NCBI GenBank assembly: GCA_041178345.1
Contig: JBEGVQ010000109.1
Coordinates: 11,074 to 75,073, forward strand
From: Acidobacteriota bacterium
GTDB taxonomy: Bacteria > Acidobacteriota > Vicinamibacteria > Vicinamibacterales > UBA2999
Reading direction: 5' to 3'
DNA: 64,000 bases
Shown: positions 45,137 through 53,801 of the stretch, one piece after another
How the letters are laid out: each line of letters opens with the position of its first letter
Position numbering within the stretch: position 1 is the stretch's first letter
Translations under genes and position numbers: made by a program
Notes under the pieces: model-generated
What the model was told of the DNA's origin: nothing
Database searches by the model: none
Seen by the model: the letters and a program-made list of their open reading frames with translations, nothing else

Positions 45137-45451
45137 TTAACCGTCGCCGAATTCCTCCAGGTGCGGCAGGCTGGCGGCGACCGCGTCGGCCATGGCGGCG
45201 CCGTCAATGTCCTTGGCGGTGACACCGCCCTCCGAGTGCGTGGAGTACGACAACAGGACCCGCTTGTAGTGAATCTCGATGTCGGGATGATGGTCGGCGT
45301 CTTCGGCGCCGGGCACGAGCGCGCTCACGAACAGCACGGCTTCAGGAAAATCCTGGAACGTGAACTCCTTGCGGATCGCGTCGCCGGCCTGGCTCCAGCC
45401 TGCCAGGGTCTTCAGTTGCTCGGTCAGCTCGGTTGGGGTCAAAACTGCCAT
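45137..45451 (-). CDS. Pterin-4a-carbinolamine dehydratase (PCD/DCoH)
   Basis: Canonical motif retained: EDADHHPDIEIHYKRVLLSYSTHSEGGVTAKD ([DE]x3HHPx5[YW]x9Hx8D). Confidence 0.85.
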   Translation of the reverse strand: MAVLTPTELTEQLKTLAGWSQAGDAIRKEFTFQDFPEAVLFVSALVPGAEDADHHPDIEIHYKRVLLSYSTHSEGGVTAKDIDGAAMADAVAASLPHLEEFGDG

Positions 45452-45469
45452 CTTGAACCCGATGATATG

Positions 45470-46585
45470 TCACAGCCGGCCATGACGGGCAGGGTCCAGG
45501 TCGCGGAGCGCCGGGTCGCCGGCCCGGTCGAAGACCAGGTCGTCCACCAGCTGCACCGTAAGGGGCGTCAGCATCACGCCGTTTCGGTAGTGGGCGGTGG
45601 CGTAGATCAGGCCCGGCACCGCGGCCGAGTGGCCCAGGATGGGCAGGTCATCGGGTCCGCGGGGACGCAAGCCCGTGCGCACGGCGGCGATGGGCGCATC
45701 GGCCAGGCTCGGCGCCAGCGCCTCGGCCGTCGCCCGCAGGCTGGCCACGCCCTCGTCCGTGTGACGTTCATCGAAGCCGACATCCTCGACCGTGGAGCCC
45801 ACGAGCACGGTGCCGTCGGGCCACGGCACCAGGTAGCCGGTGGGACCCCACATCACCCGTCGCAGGGCACCCGGCTCGGCTGCCAGCTGGATGAGCTGCC
45901 CGCGAATGGGCTTCACGGGCACACGATCGGCGCCCGCCACGCTGACCTGCGGCGACCAGCTGCCCGCGGCCAGCACCACGCGATCGGCATCCCAGCTGGC
46001 ACCAGCCGTCTGAACGCCAACGCGTCCCGCCGGCAGCGAATGGATCCGGATTGCCCCCGTCTCAATGGTGATCGACGCACCCAGCCGCTCGGCCGCGGCG
46101 GCCGCGGCCAGGGTCACCGAGGTGACGCCCACGAACCCGTGCGTCGCGATGAACAAGGCGCCGCGCGCGGCGGTTGACGCCAGCGGCTCGTAGTCGCCAA
46201 ACGCCTGCGGCGGAACCCAGCGATGGTCGAGACCGCCGCCCGTCAGCGCCGCCGACAACGCCGTGAGGCGGTCGACGTCCGCATCATCGAATGCCAGCTC
46301 GAACGTGCCGTTGCGCTGGTAGACCACGTCGTGGCCGCTGTCGGCACGCAGTTGGGCGATGAACGCATCGAAGAGGTCGAGACTGCGTCGGCCAAGCGCC
46401 CGCAACACCGCGGACTCGTGGCCTTCGATGTAGGGCGCGAGGATGCCGGCCGACGCGCGCGTGGCGCCCTGGCCCGGCTGGCGGGTTTCGATCACCCTGA
46501 CGTGCGCACCGGACCGGGCGAGTTGATGGGCGATGGTGCAGCCGACAATGCCGGCGCCGATGACGATGATGGAAGGGGAGGACAC
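45470..46585 (-). CDS. FAD-dependent oxidoreductase of the DAO family (glycine oxidase ThiO-like)
   Basis: IIVIGAGIVGCTIAHQLARSGAHVRVIE...GATRASAGILAPYIEGH. C-terminal ATAHYRNGVMLTPLT. Confidence 0.75.
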   Translation of the reverse strand: MSSPSIIVIGAGIVGCTIAHQLARSGAHVRVIETRQPGQGATRASAGILAPYIEGHESAVLRALGRRSLDLFDAFIAQLRADSGHDVVYQRNGTFELAFDDADVDRLTALSAALTGGGLDHRWVPPQAFGDYEPLASTAARGALFIATHGFVGVTSVTLAAAAAAERLGASITIETGAIRIHSLPAGRVGVQTAGASWDADRVVLAAGSWSPQVSVAGADRVPVKPIRGQLIQLAAEPGALRRVMWGPTGYLVPWPDGTVLVGSTVEDVGFDERHTDEGVASLRATAEALAPSLADAPIAAVRTGLRPRGPDDLPILGHSAAVPGLIYATAHYRNGVMLTPLTVQLVDDLVFDRAGDPALRDLDPARHGRL

Positions 46586-46609
46586 CCTTACAGATTACGC
46601 CGGCGGTTC

Positions 46610-49258
46610 TTAGAACCCGAAAGACGCGCCGATTTCGACTCGCCGCGCCGGGCCCGCCGAGGTCGGGGTGCCGAAGAACGCCGACTGCTGGTTGCCGATG
46701 AAGGCGTTGTAGTTCACGCGGTTGAACGCGTTCTGCATGTTCACGAACAGGTCGAGGCGATACTTCTGGTTGCCGCCCTCCATCACCATGATCTGCGGGC
46801 CGCCGCCGTCGCCGCCACCGGGACCACCGGGGCCGCGCTGAGCGGCCACGCCGCCCGACGGCGGGGGCATCGGCATGCCGCCCGGGAAACCGGCGCCGCC
46901 GGCGCGAGGGCCGCCGAGGCCGATCGACTTGTTCAGGCGCACGTTCGCGGTCCACTGCGACGCGCCCCTCGCGCTGTTGCGCGCCACGCCTTCCGGACGA
47001 TCGTTGAACACCGTGTCGCCGTTGGCGTCGAAGCCGGTGGTGATGTTGTAAGGCAGCGCCGACGACCCCTGCATGCCAAGGCTCAGGCGCACGCCGCGGC
47101 CGACCGGCGAGTTGAAGTTGAAGAAGATGCGGTGCCGCACGTCCTGCGCCGACGGTCCCCAATCGAGATCTGGGTTGAGGCTGTCGGAGGGGAGCGACGT
47201 CGCGCCATCGGCGTAGTTACGGGCGCTGCCCAGCTGATACATCACCATGCCGAGAATGCGCCGCGGGGCGTAGCGCATGTTGAGTGCCACCGTCGCGCGA
47301 TCCGAGGCGCGCTTGCCGCTCGACTGGATCTCGCTGATGTTGCCGACCGTGGGATCAGGCCGCACGCCATTGACCGGCGCGTTCACGTTGATCGACCGCA
47401 GCGTGTTGTAGCCGCGCGTCATCATGTAGTCGGCGCGCAGGTCGGCCCACGACGTGAGCGGGCGCTCGAACCCGACCGAGGCCTGGTGAATGATCGGCTG
47501 GCCGAGCGACGCCGAGCGGATGATGCTGGCCGGCAGCCGCGTGCCGCCGCCGTCAACGAACGGAAAGCCCGGGTTCTGGACGATCACGTCAACCTGGTGC
47601 TCGCCGTCGACGCGAATGGTCTGCTCGTAGAGGTTCGACTCGTACCAGTCGTAGAAAATGCCGTAGCCGCCACGCACCGTGGTCTTGCGGCTGGCGTTCC
47701 ACGTGAACGCCGCGCGCGGCGCCAGGTTGAACCGAGAATCCACCTGCGTCTGGATTTCCTGGCGCACGCCGAAGCTGAGCTGCAAGGTGCGCGACGGGCG
47801 GAAGTCGTCCTGCAGGAACCAGCCGGCCTTGACCTGCGAGTAGTCCACCAGCGGGTCGCCGACGCGGATCACGTAGTTGGCCGGCTGGCCGGCGTTGAAA
47901 GCATTGGTGCTGGTGAACGTGTAGGTGCCGTTGCCGTTGGTGCGCTGCGTGCTGTCCCACCAGCCCGCCTCGATCAGCACGCCGGCGCGCAGTGAGTGCT
48001 TGCGGCCGATGGTGAAGTCGAAGTTCTGCGCGATCTCCAGTTCACGCGCATTGCGGGTGCCCGACTGGCCGGCGCCGCCGGCCGTAAACGCGTCGTTAAC
48101 GCGAATGGTCGGATCGAGCGAACTGGGCAGCGTTGCATTGGTCGAGTTGTTGAACTCCACCCGGAACTCGCTGAACACCGACTTGCCGATCACGTTGGTG
48201 GACCGCAACCGGAAGGTGTCGGTATTCATCTCGGTGGCATAGGCGCGCTCGGGCAGGTCGAAATCGCCCACGCCGAGGTTGCTGCGCTCGTTCTGCCGGC
48301 GCGCGTACTCGGCCCGGATCTGGCTGCTGCCGCCCAGCAGGTGCTCGACCCGCGCGCTGAAGTTGAGGGCGTCGGTCGGCGACACCGCCAGGGCATTAAA
48401 GGTGCCGCTATTGGGCGATTGCGCGACGATGGTGCGCGAGTCGTAGGAGTTGTTGCCGTCGAACGACAGCGACAGCCCGGTGCGGCCCTTCGCGATCGGG
48501 CCCGAGAAGTTCACCATGTAGCGGCGCATCTGCTCGGGACCCTTTTCGTCGGCAAACGCATTGGTCGCGTTCAGCGATTCGTCGCGGAAACCGATGTTGG
48601 TGCCGCCGCGCCACTCGCCCGTGCCCGGCTTGGTGATCACTTCCACCCGGATCATCCCGGCCTCGTGGTACTCGGCCGAGAACGAGTTGGTGTGGAAGCG
48701 GATCTGCTGAATCTGGTCTTTGGGCGGCAGGCGGCCACCGCGGAACCCGTCCACGTAGATCTGCGCGCCGGGGCCGGCCATGCGCGCCAGCTCGTCGGCC
48801 ATCTCGTCCGGATCGTCGGGCAACGAATCGATTTCGTCCTGCGTGAGCGTGGTCGTGAAGCCGTTGTCGCGCCGGTCGGCCGCGCTCTGGTCCTGCACCA
48901 CCACCGTCTGCTCGATCGCGGCCACCGCCAGCCGCAAGGTGGTGCGGTTGTCACCGCGGCGCACGTTGACGGGCATGGCGATGGGCCGGAAGCTGTCGGC
49001 CGCGGCAGTGACCTGGTAGGTGCCGGGATTGAGGCCCTCGAACACCGCCACGCCACGCGCGTCGACCACCGCCGTGAGCGCGACGCCGGCCCCGTCCGTC
49101 ACCGTGACCCGGGCGATGAGCAGCGCGGCCTCCGTCTGGTCGAGCACGGTGACCCGCAACGTTCCGCCCACGCCCGTCCCCTGCACGACTTGTGCGTGCG
49201 CCATCGGCGCAACCAGGGACAACGCCGCAACCAACAGGCTTCCGATGATTCGTTTCAT
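46610..49258 (-). CDS. TonB-dependent outer-membrane receptor with CarboxypepD_reg N-terminal domain
   Basis: Preferred start ATG at 49258 (MKRIIGSLLVAALSLVAPMAHAQ). GTLRVTVLDQTEAALLIARVTV...GVAVFEGLNPGTYQVTAAADSF. Plug plus large barrel ending RVEIGASFGF. Confidence 0.85.
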   Translation of the reverse strand: MKRIIGSLLVAALSLVAPMAHAQVVQGTGVGGTLRVTVLDQTEAALLIARVTVTDGAGVALTAVVDARGVAVFEGLNPGTYQVTAAADSFRPIAMPVNVRRGDNRTTLRLAVAAIEQTVVVQDQSAADRRDNGFTTTLTQDEIDSLPDDPDEMADELARMAGPGAQIYVDGFRGGRLPPKDQIQQIRFHTNSFSAEYHEAGMIRVEVITKPGTGEWRGGTNIGFRDESLNATNAFADEKGPEQMRRYMVNFSGPIAKGRTGLSLSFDGNNSYDSRTIVAQSPNSGTFNALAVSPTDALNFSARVEHLLGGSSQIRAEYARRQNERSNLGVGDFDLPERAYATEMNTDTFRLRSTNVIGKSVFSEFRVEFNNSTNATLPSSLDPTIRVNDAFTAGGAGQSGTRNARELEIAQNFDFTIGRKHSLRAGVLIEAGWWDSTQRTNGNGTYTFTSTNAFNAGQPANYVIRVGDPLVDYSQVKAGWFLQDDFRPSRTLQLSFGVRQEIQTQVDSRFNLAPRAAFTWNASRKTTVRGGYGIFYDWYESNLYEQTIRVDGEHQVDVIVQNPGFPFVDGGGTRLPASIIRSASLGQPIIHQASVGFERPLTSWADLRADYMMTRGYNTLRSINVNAPVNGVRPDPTVGNISEIQSSGKRASDRATVALNMRYAPRRILGMVMYQLGSARNYADGATSLPSDSLNPDLDWGPSAQDVRHRIFFNFNSPVGRGVRLSLGMQGSSALPYNITTGFDANGDTVFNDRPEGVARNSARGASQWTANVRLNKSIGLGGPRAGGAGFPGGMPMPPPSGGVAAQRGPGGPGGGDGGGPQIMVMEGGNQKYRLDLFVNMQNAFNRVNYNAFIGNQQSAFFGTPTSAGPARRVEIGASFGF

Positions 49259-49288
49259 AACAGTCTCTGTTCCGACGTGGGGCGGCAC

Positions 49289-49310
49289 GGGCGGCACTAA
49301 AGTGCCGCCC
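49289..49310 (-). terminator. Hairpin GGGCGGCAC-TTTA-GTGCCGCCC (minus sense) after the 49327-50301 gene
   Basis: Perfect 9-bp stem read directly from the sequence. 18 of 21 nt are identical to the inner element of the 8191-8241 structure. Confidence 0.5.
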
Positions 49311-49326
49311 GTCCTGGCAATCCGCG

Positions 49327-50301
49327 TTATTTCTTCTCCCAAACGTCGGCTTTGATCGTGGGGTTGACCTTGTACTTCTCGACCGTCCATTCCTCGTTCG
49401 GCTGGCCGTCGAGGGAGATGTCGATCTTGTGCGGCAGCATGATCCCGTCGACCTTCTTGTAGTCGGCAAGGTGCATGGCGTAGGTGCCGAGCGCCGGTGG
49501 GTTCTTACGCATCTCTTCGGCGCGCTTCTGCATCTCTTCCTGCGTCATCTGCGGCGGCGGGCCGCCGGGGCCACCAGGGCCTCGGCCCCGACCACCGGGA
49601 CCGCCAGGACCACCGGCGATCATCACCATGGGCTTGGGGTCCTGGTACTGGACCATCAGGGGAAGGTGCGTGGCCTGATCGATAAAGAGGCGCAGAACGC
49701 GGCCGGTCTCTTCCTTGGTTTCGAGAATGTCGGCCTTGCCGTCGGGTGATTCGGCAATGCCCGCGTCGGTCCAGGCCGCGGGGCCATCGGCGACGAGCGC
49801 CGCCATCCACCGGTGCAACTGGACCCGCGCACGGCGCACGCGGGCTTCGTTCATCTGCTCTTCGGTCATCGCGGGACCACCGGGACCACCCGGGCCAGGG
49901 CCGGTACGCATCTCGATGCGCATGCCGCCACCCATGCCGCCGCGATTGGCGGTGTCGTCCCAGGCAATGTTGCCGGCCAGCACCGAGGTGCGCTCGATCA
50001 TCGGGCCGCCCACCATGCCGCCCATGGAGATCTCTTCAACCCGGCGCATCTTGTCGGGACGCACAATCGTCAGCGCCATCATGCCTTCCATGTCGCGGCC
50101 ACCCATGGAGCGGCGGAACGGCCCCTCGGCGGTCAGCCCCTTGAGCGCCGCCACTTTGTCTTCGCCGCCGAGCGCCTTCTTCACGTCGGCCAGCACGGCC
50201 GCCACCCGGTCTTGCGCGGCCAGCGGCAGTATTGAAATGCGTTCGACTTGAACGGTGGATGCCAGCAGCACGGCCGCCACGGTGGTTACAAAAGCTCGCA
50301 T
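49327..50301 (-). CDS. Secreted protein of unknown function with Gly/Pro-rich low-complexity inserts
   Basis: ATG follows a strong GAGGAG SD. Signal-like MRAFVTTVAAVLLASTVQ. Two GGPGGPGG-type tracts (TGPGPGGPGGPA; GGPGGPGGRGRGPGGPGGPPP) inside an otherwise globular-looking sequence. Confidence 0.6.
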   Translation of the reverse strand: MRAFVTTVAAVLLASTVQVERISILPLAAQDRVAAVLADVKKALGGEDKVAALKGLTAEGPFRRSMGGRDMEGMMALTIVRPDKMRRVEEISMGGMVGGPMIERTSVLAGNIAWDDTANRGGMGGGMRIEMRTGPGPGGPGGPAMTEEQMNEARVRRARVQLHRWMAALVADGPAAWTDAGIAESPDGKADILETKEETGRVLRLFIDQATHLPLMVQYQDPKPMVMIAGGPGGPGGRGRGPGGPGGPPPQMTQEEMQKRAEEMRKNPPALGTYAMHLADYKKVDGIMLPHKIDISLDGQPNEEWTVEKYKVNPTIKADVWEKK

Positions 50302-50321
50302 GATTTCTCCTCGTTAACAGA

Positions 50322-50346
50322 AACCGGAAACGGGTCCCGTTCGGTT
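50322..50346. promoter_or_regulatory. Imperfect palindrome AACCGGAAACGGG-T-CCCGTTCGGTT in the divergent control region
   Basis: Read directly from the sequence. 11 matched pairs with a 2-nt bulge. Confidence 0.3.
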
Positions 50347-50381
50347 CCAGTTGATATTACGGTGGTGCCGGGCAATCAGAC

Positions 50382-50416
50382 GTTAAGGGTGAGCAAAGGG
50401 ATTGTTAAGGATGTTA
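50382..50416 (+). promoter_or_regulatory. Direct repeats GTTAAGG (50382, 50404; 22-nt phasing) plus GTTAA (50412) upstream of the kinase/regulator operon
   Basis: Read directly from the sequence, in the most AT-rich intergenic stretch of the window. The spacing of two helical turns is typical of OmpR-family regulator sites (inference). Confidence 0.3.
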
Positions 50417-50468
50417 AATGCTTGATTTCGTGGGCTTTATGGCATTTTCTGCGTGCTAGACTTCGCCC

Positions 50469-52523
50469 ATGGAGTACGGAACGAACCAGCCGAAGGGCAT
50501 GTTCCTGAAGGGGGGTCGCGTCTCGGCCGTCACGGTGCTCGTGGGCCTCGTCATGCTGCTCGTGCCGGCCCTTGCCTACATGCAATACCAGTGGCTCGGC
50601 CAGCTGAGCACGGCCGAACGCGAACGCATGCAGCGCACCCTGCGCACGGCGGCGGCCCAGTTCGCCACCGAGTTCGACACCGAACTGTCGCGGGCCCTCG
50701 TCGGCCTGCAGGTCGACGGCGCCACCATCCGCGACCAAAACTGGACCGGCTACGCGCAACGCCATTCCGCCTGGACCAACAGCGCCTCGGAACCGCGCCT
50801 CGTGCGCGAGGTCCTGCTCGTGGACACCCTGCCTGGCACCGACCTGCCGGCGATCGGCTCGCAGGAGGCGGTGCCCATCGACCGTCTTCGCGTGCGGCGG
50901 TGGAATGCGCAGACCCTGGTGTTTGATGCCGCCGACTGGACCGGCGACCTCGTCACCATTCGCGCGTCGCTCGCCACGCACTTCATCGGGTTTCAGATGG
51001 AGCGCTCACGCAGCGGTGGCGGCCCCAATGGCGGTGTGCTGGGCGACCGCCGGCGCGAGAACTCTGTCGCGCTGTCACTCGGTGACGACAACACGCTGGT
51101 CTCGCCGATCACGCTGTTCGAGCTGCCCGACAACCGGCGCGGCGCGCCCAAAATCACCATTCTCGGCTTCACCGTCGTCCGGCTCGACCCGGTGGTGGTT
51201 CGCGACACGCTGCTCGCATCGCTCGCCGCCCGCCACTTCCACGGCGACGATGAAGAGGTGGACTACCGCGTCGCCGTGGTTCACAAAGACGACGTGACCA
51301 ACGTGGTGTGGGAGTCGGAGCCGGGCGTGGCCGAGCGCATCGCCGCCTCGCCGGACGTATCGCAGAACTTCATGGGGCCAAGGCCGGATCAGATGTTCGT
51401 CTTTGCCCGCGGCGGTTCAGGCTCCGTGCCGCCGCCACCCCCGCCGCCGGCCCCGCCGGCAGGTGGCACGGCGCCACCGCAGCTTGCCGTGGAAGACGCG
51501 GCCAAGGTCGTGGTGTCGATGGTCGAGCACGAAACCCGTGGCGCGGGCGGCGGCCGCGTCATCACCCGTTCAGCCTTCAACCCGTTCGATGGCCGATGGG
51601 TGCTGCTGGCCAAGCATCGCGCCGGCTCGCTCGAGGCGGCCGTGGCCGCCGTGCGTCAGCGCAACCTGCTGGTCAGCTCGAGCGTGCTGCTGCTGTTGAC
51701 GATGGCGATTGGGTTGATCGTGGTGTCGGCACGGCGGGCGCAGGAACTGGCGCGGCAGCAGATGGAGTTCGTGGCGGCGGTGTCGCACGAGCTGCGCACA
51801 CCGGTGTCGGTGATTGGCGCCGCGGCCGGTAACCTGGCCGACGGCGTGGTTGGCGATCCCGCTCGCGTGCGCAAGTACGGCGAGACCATCCAGGGCGAGG
51901 CCCGCCGGCTGGCGGAAACCGTCGAGCGCGTGCTACAGCTGGCCGGCATTGCCGCGGGCCGGGCCGCGGCGGCGCCAGTGCCGGTGTCGCCATCGGACTT
52001 GATTCACGGCTCGATCGGCGCCTGCCGGAACGAGATCGAGAACGCCGGCGTGCAGGTGGAGATCGCGGTGGCGCCGGACCTGCCGCCGGTGCTGGGCGAC
52101 GTCACGGCCCTGCGCTCGGCGCTGCAGAACCTGATCAGCAATGCGGTCAAATACGGCGGAGACGCCCGTTGGCTGCGCGTCTCGGCAACACGATCGGGAG
52201 TCGGGAGTCGGGAGTCGGGAGTCGGGGGCAAGAACGTCGTCTTCACCGTCGAAGACCACGGCCTGGGCATCGACACCGACGACCGCAAGCACATCTTCGA
52301 GCCGTTCTACCGGGGCCGCGAGGCCGTGTCGAAGCAGATCCAGGGCAGCGGCCTGGGCCTGAACCTGGTGGCGCGCATTGCCGAGGCGCACGGCGGCCAG
52401 GTGAACGTGACGAGCGAGACCGGCAAGGGCAGCGTGTTCACGCTGACGTTGCCGGCGGTCACCGATCGCGCGGCGGCGGAGTCGCAGGCCTTTGCGACCG
52501 GCCTCGAAACCTCCAGGTCCTGA
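50469..52523 (+). CDS. Sensor histidine kinase (two TM segments, large periplasmic domain, HisKA + HATPase_c)
   Basis: TM1 VSAVTVLVGLVMLLVPALAY and TM2 LLVSSSVLLLLTMAIGLIVV. H-box FVAAVSHELRTPVSVI. ATPase boxes LISNAVKYGG, VEDHGLGI, GSGLGLNLVARI. Pro-rich tract PPPPPPPAPPAGG. Start may be the ATG at 50499. Confidence 0.9.
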   Translation: MEYGTNQPKGMFLKGGRVSAVTVLVGLVMLLVPALAYMQYQWLGQLSTAERERMQRTLRTAAAQFATEFDTELSRALVGLQVDGATIRDQNWTGYAQRHSAWTNSASEPRLVREVLLVDTLPGTDLPAIGSQEAVPIDRLRVRRWNAQTLVFDAADWTGDLVTIRASLATHFIGFQMERSRSGGGPNGGVLGDRRRENSVALSLGDDNTLVSPITLFELPDNRRGAPKITILGFTVVRLDPVVVRDTLLASLAARHFHGDDEEVDYRVAVVHKDDVTNVVWESEPGVAERIAASPDVSQNFMGPRPDQMFVFARGGSGSVPPPPPPPAPPAGGTAPPQLAVEDAAKVVVSMVEHETRGAGGGRVITRSAFNPFDGRWVLLAKHRAGSLEAAVAAVRQRNLLVSSSVLLLLTMAIGLIVVSARRAQELARQQMEFVAAVSHELRTPVSVIGAAAGNLADGVVGDPARVRKYGETIQGEARRLAETVERVLQLAGIAAGRAAAAPVPVSPSDLIHGSIGACRNEIENAGVQVEIAVAPDLPPVLGDVTALRSALQNLISNAVKYGGDARWLRVSATRSGVGSRESGVGGKNVVFTVEDHGLGIDTDDRKHIFEPFYRGREAVSKQIQGSGLGLNLVARIAEAHGGQVNVTSETGKGSVFTLTLPAVTDRAAAESQAFATGLETSRS
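52194..52228 (+). repeat. Heptanucleotide tandem repeat (TCGGGAG)x4 followed by one degenerate unit TCGGGGG, inside the kinase ATPase domain
   Basis: Read directly from the sequence. Encodes SGVGSRESGVGG, an insertion between the N box and the DxGxG box. Confidence 0.95.
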
Positions 52524-52526
52524 TCC

Positions 52527-53219
52527 GTGTCAGAAAAGCGACTGCTCCTCGTCGAAGACGAGCCCGGCCTGCAACTGGCCCTCAGCGACCGGCTGTCGGC
52601 TGAAGGCTATTCGGTAGAGACCGCCGGCGACGGCAACGTCGCTGTGACGCGGGCCACGGGCGAGCCGTGGGACATCATCGTGCTCGACGTGATGCTGCCG
52701 GGCCGCGACGGCTTCGACGTGGCGAAGACCATTCGCCAGCAGGGCATCCAAACGCCCATTCTCATGCTCACCGCCCGCAGCCAGGTCGTCGATCGCGTCG
52801 TCGGACTGAAGCTCGGCGCCGATGACTACCTCACCAAGCCGTTCGAGACCATCGAGTTGCTCGCGCGCCTCGAGGCGTTGCTGCGCCGCGCGCCGAGCGG
52901 TTCGCCGGGGCTGTCGCTCGAGCGTTACAGCTTCGGCGACATCACCGTGGACGTGCGCAAGGCCGAGGTCATGAGCAAGGGGCAGCCGCTGGATCTGTCG
53001 GCGAAGGAGTTCCAGTTGCTCAGGTACTTCATCGAGCACCGCGGCGCCACGATCTCGAGAGACGAGTTACTCCACGAAGTGTGGGGCTACAGCGCCATGC
53101 CGTCCACGCGCACGGTGGACGTGCACGTCGCGTGGCTGCGGCAAAAGCTCGAGACCAACCCGCGCGCGCCCCAGTTCATCCTCACCGTGCACGGCCTCGG
53201 GTATAAGTTCGCGGGTTAG
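52527..53219 (+). CDS. OmpR/PhoB-family response regulator
   Basis: Receiver domain (LLLVEDEPGL, IIVLDVMLPGRDG, LTARS, KLGADDYLTKPF) plus winged-helix domain (LSAKEFQLLRYFIEHRG...VDVHVAWLRQKLE...ILTVHGLGYKF). GTG start 3 nt after the kinase stop. Confidence 0.9.
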   Translation: MSEKRLLLVEDEPGLQLALSDRLSAEGYSVETAGDGNVAVTRATGEPWDIIVLDVMLPGRDGFDVAKTIRQQGIQTPILMLTARSQVVDRVVGLKLGADDYLTKPFETIELLARLEALLRRAPSGSPGLSLERYSFGDITVDVRKAEVMSKGQPLDLSAKEFQLLRYFIEHRGATISRDELLHEVWGYSAMPSTRTVDVHVAWLRQKLETNPRAPQFILTVHGLGYKFAG

Positions 53220-53797
53220 GTCTCGCTGCGGTTGATCCACTTCGGGGCGTCCGGGATCTCGATCGTCGATAGGGTATCGAGTAGCCGCTCCGGGTGGTCA
53301 TCGACGACGATCGCCGCGCGGTGCACGGGCTTGATGAAGCCGTCGGTCACCGCCTGGTCGATGAAGATGGTCAGCGGGGTGTAGAAGCCCGCGACATTCA
53401 GCAGGCCGCAGGCCTTGCGGTGCAGGCCGAGTTGCGTCCAGGTGATGGCTTCGAAGAATTCCTCGAACGTGCCGACGCCACCGGGCATGGCCAGGAACGC
53501 GTCCGACAGGTCGGCCATCATGGCCTTGCGGGTGTGCATGGAGTCGACAATGCGGAGATCGGTGACGCCGTGGTGGGCCACCTCGCGATCGTGGAGCGCC
53601 CTGGGGATGACACCAATCACCTCCCCGCCGGCCGCGAGCGCCGCATCGGCGATCACGCCCATCAAGCCGACATTGCCGCCGCCGTAGACCAGGCCAATCC
53701 CTCGCCTGGCGAGCAACGTCCCCAAGGTCGTCGCGGCCTCCGCATAGGCGGGATTCACGCCAACACTCGATCCGCAAAACACACACAGTCTCTTCAT
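53216..53797 (-). CDS. LOG family protein (TIGR00730; cytokinin riboside 5'-monophosphate phosphoribohydrolase-like)
   Basis: CVFCGSS...GLVYGGGNVGLMG...RK...PGGVGTFEEFFE (PGGxGTxxE motif). Confidence 0.85.
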   Translation of the reverse strand: MKRLCVFCGSSVGVNPAYAEAATTLGTLLARRGIGLVYGGGNVGLMGVIADAALAAGGEVIGVIPRALHDREVAHHGVTDLRIVDSMHTRKAMMADLSDAFLAMPGGVGTFEEFFEAITWTQLGLHRKACGLLNVAGFYTPLTIFIDQAVTDGFIKPVHRAAIVVDDHPERLLDTLSTIEIPDAPKWINRSET

Positions 53798-53801
53798 ATC
53801 G

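Noticed and set aside
45137-45451. Whether the PCD-like gene 500 nt from the BMC-H gene is a carboxysome-type acRAF-like PCD homologue acting as a microcompartment accessory factor.
   Set aside because: The protein keeps the complete catalytic PCD signature (ExxxHHPxxxxxYxxxxxxxxxHxxxxxxxxD). It is on the opposite strand in a different transcription unit, and no RuBisCO or carboxysome genes are present.
52194-52228. The heptamer array considered as a CRISPR-like or minisatellite element.
   Set aside because: The units are contiguous 7-mers without spacers and lie inside a well-supported coding frame. It is reported as a simple tandem repeat instead.
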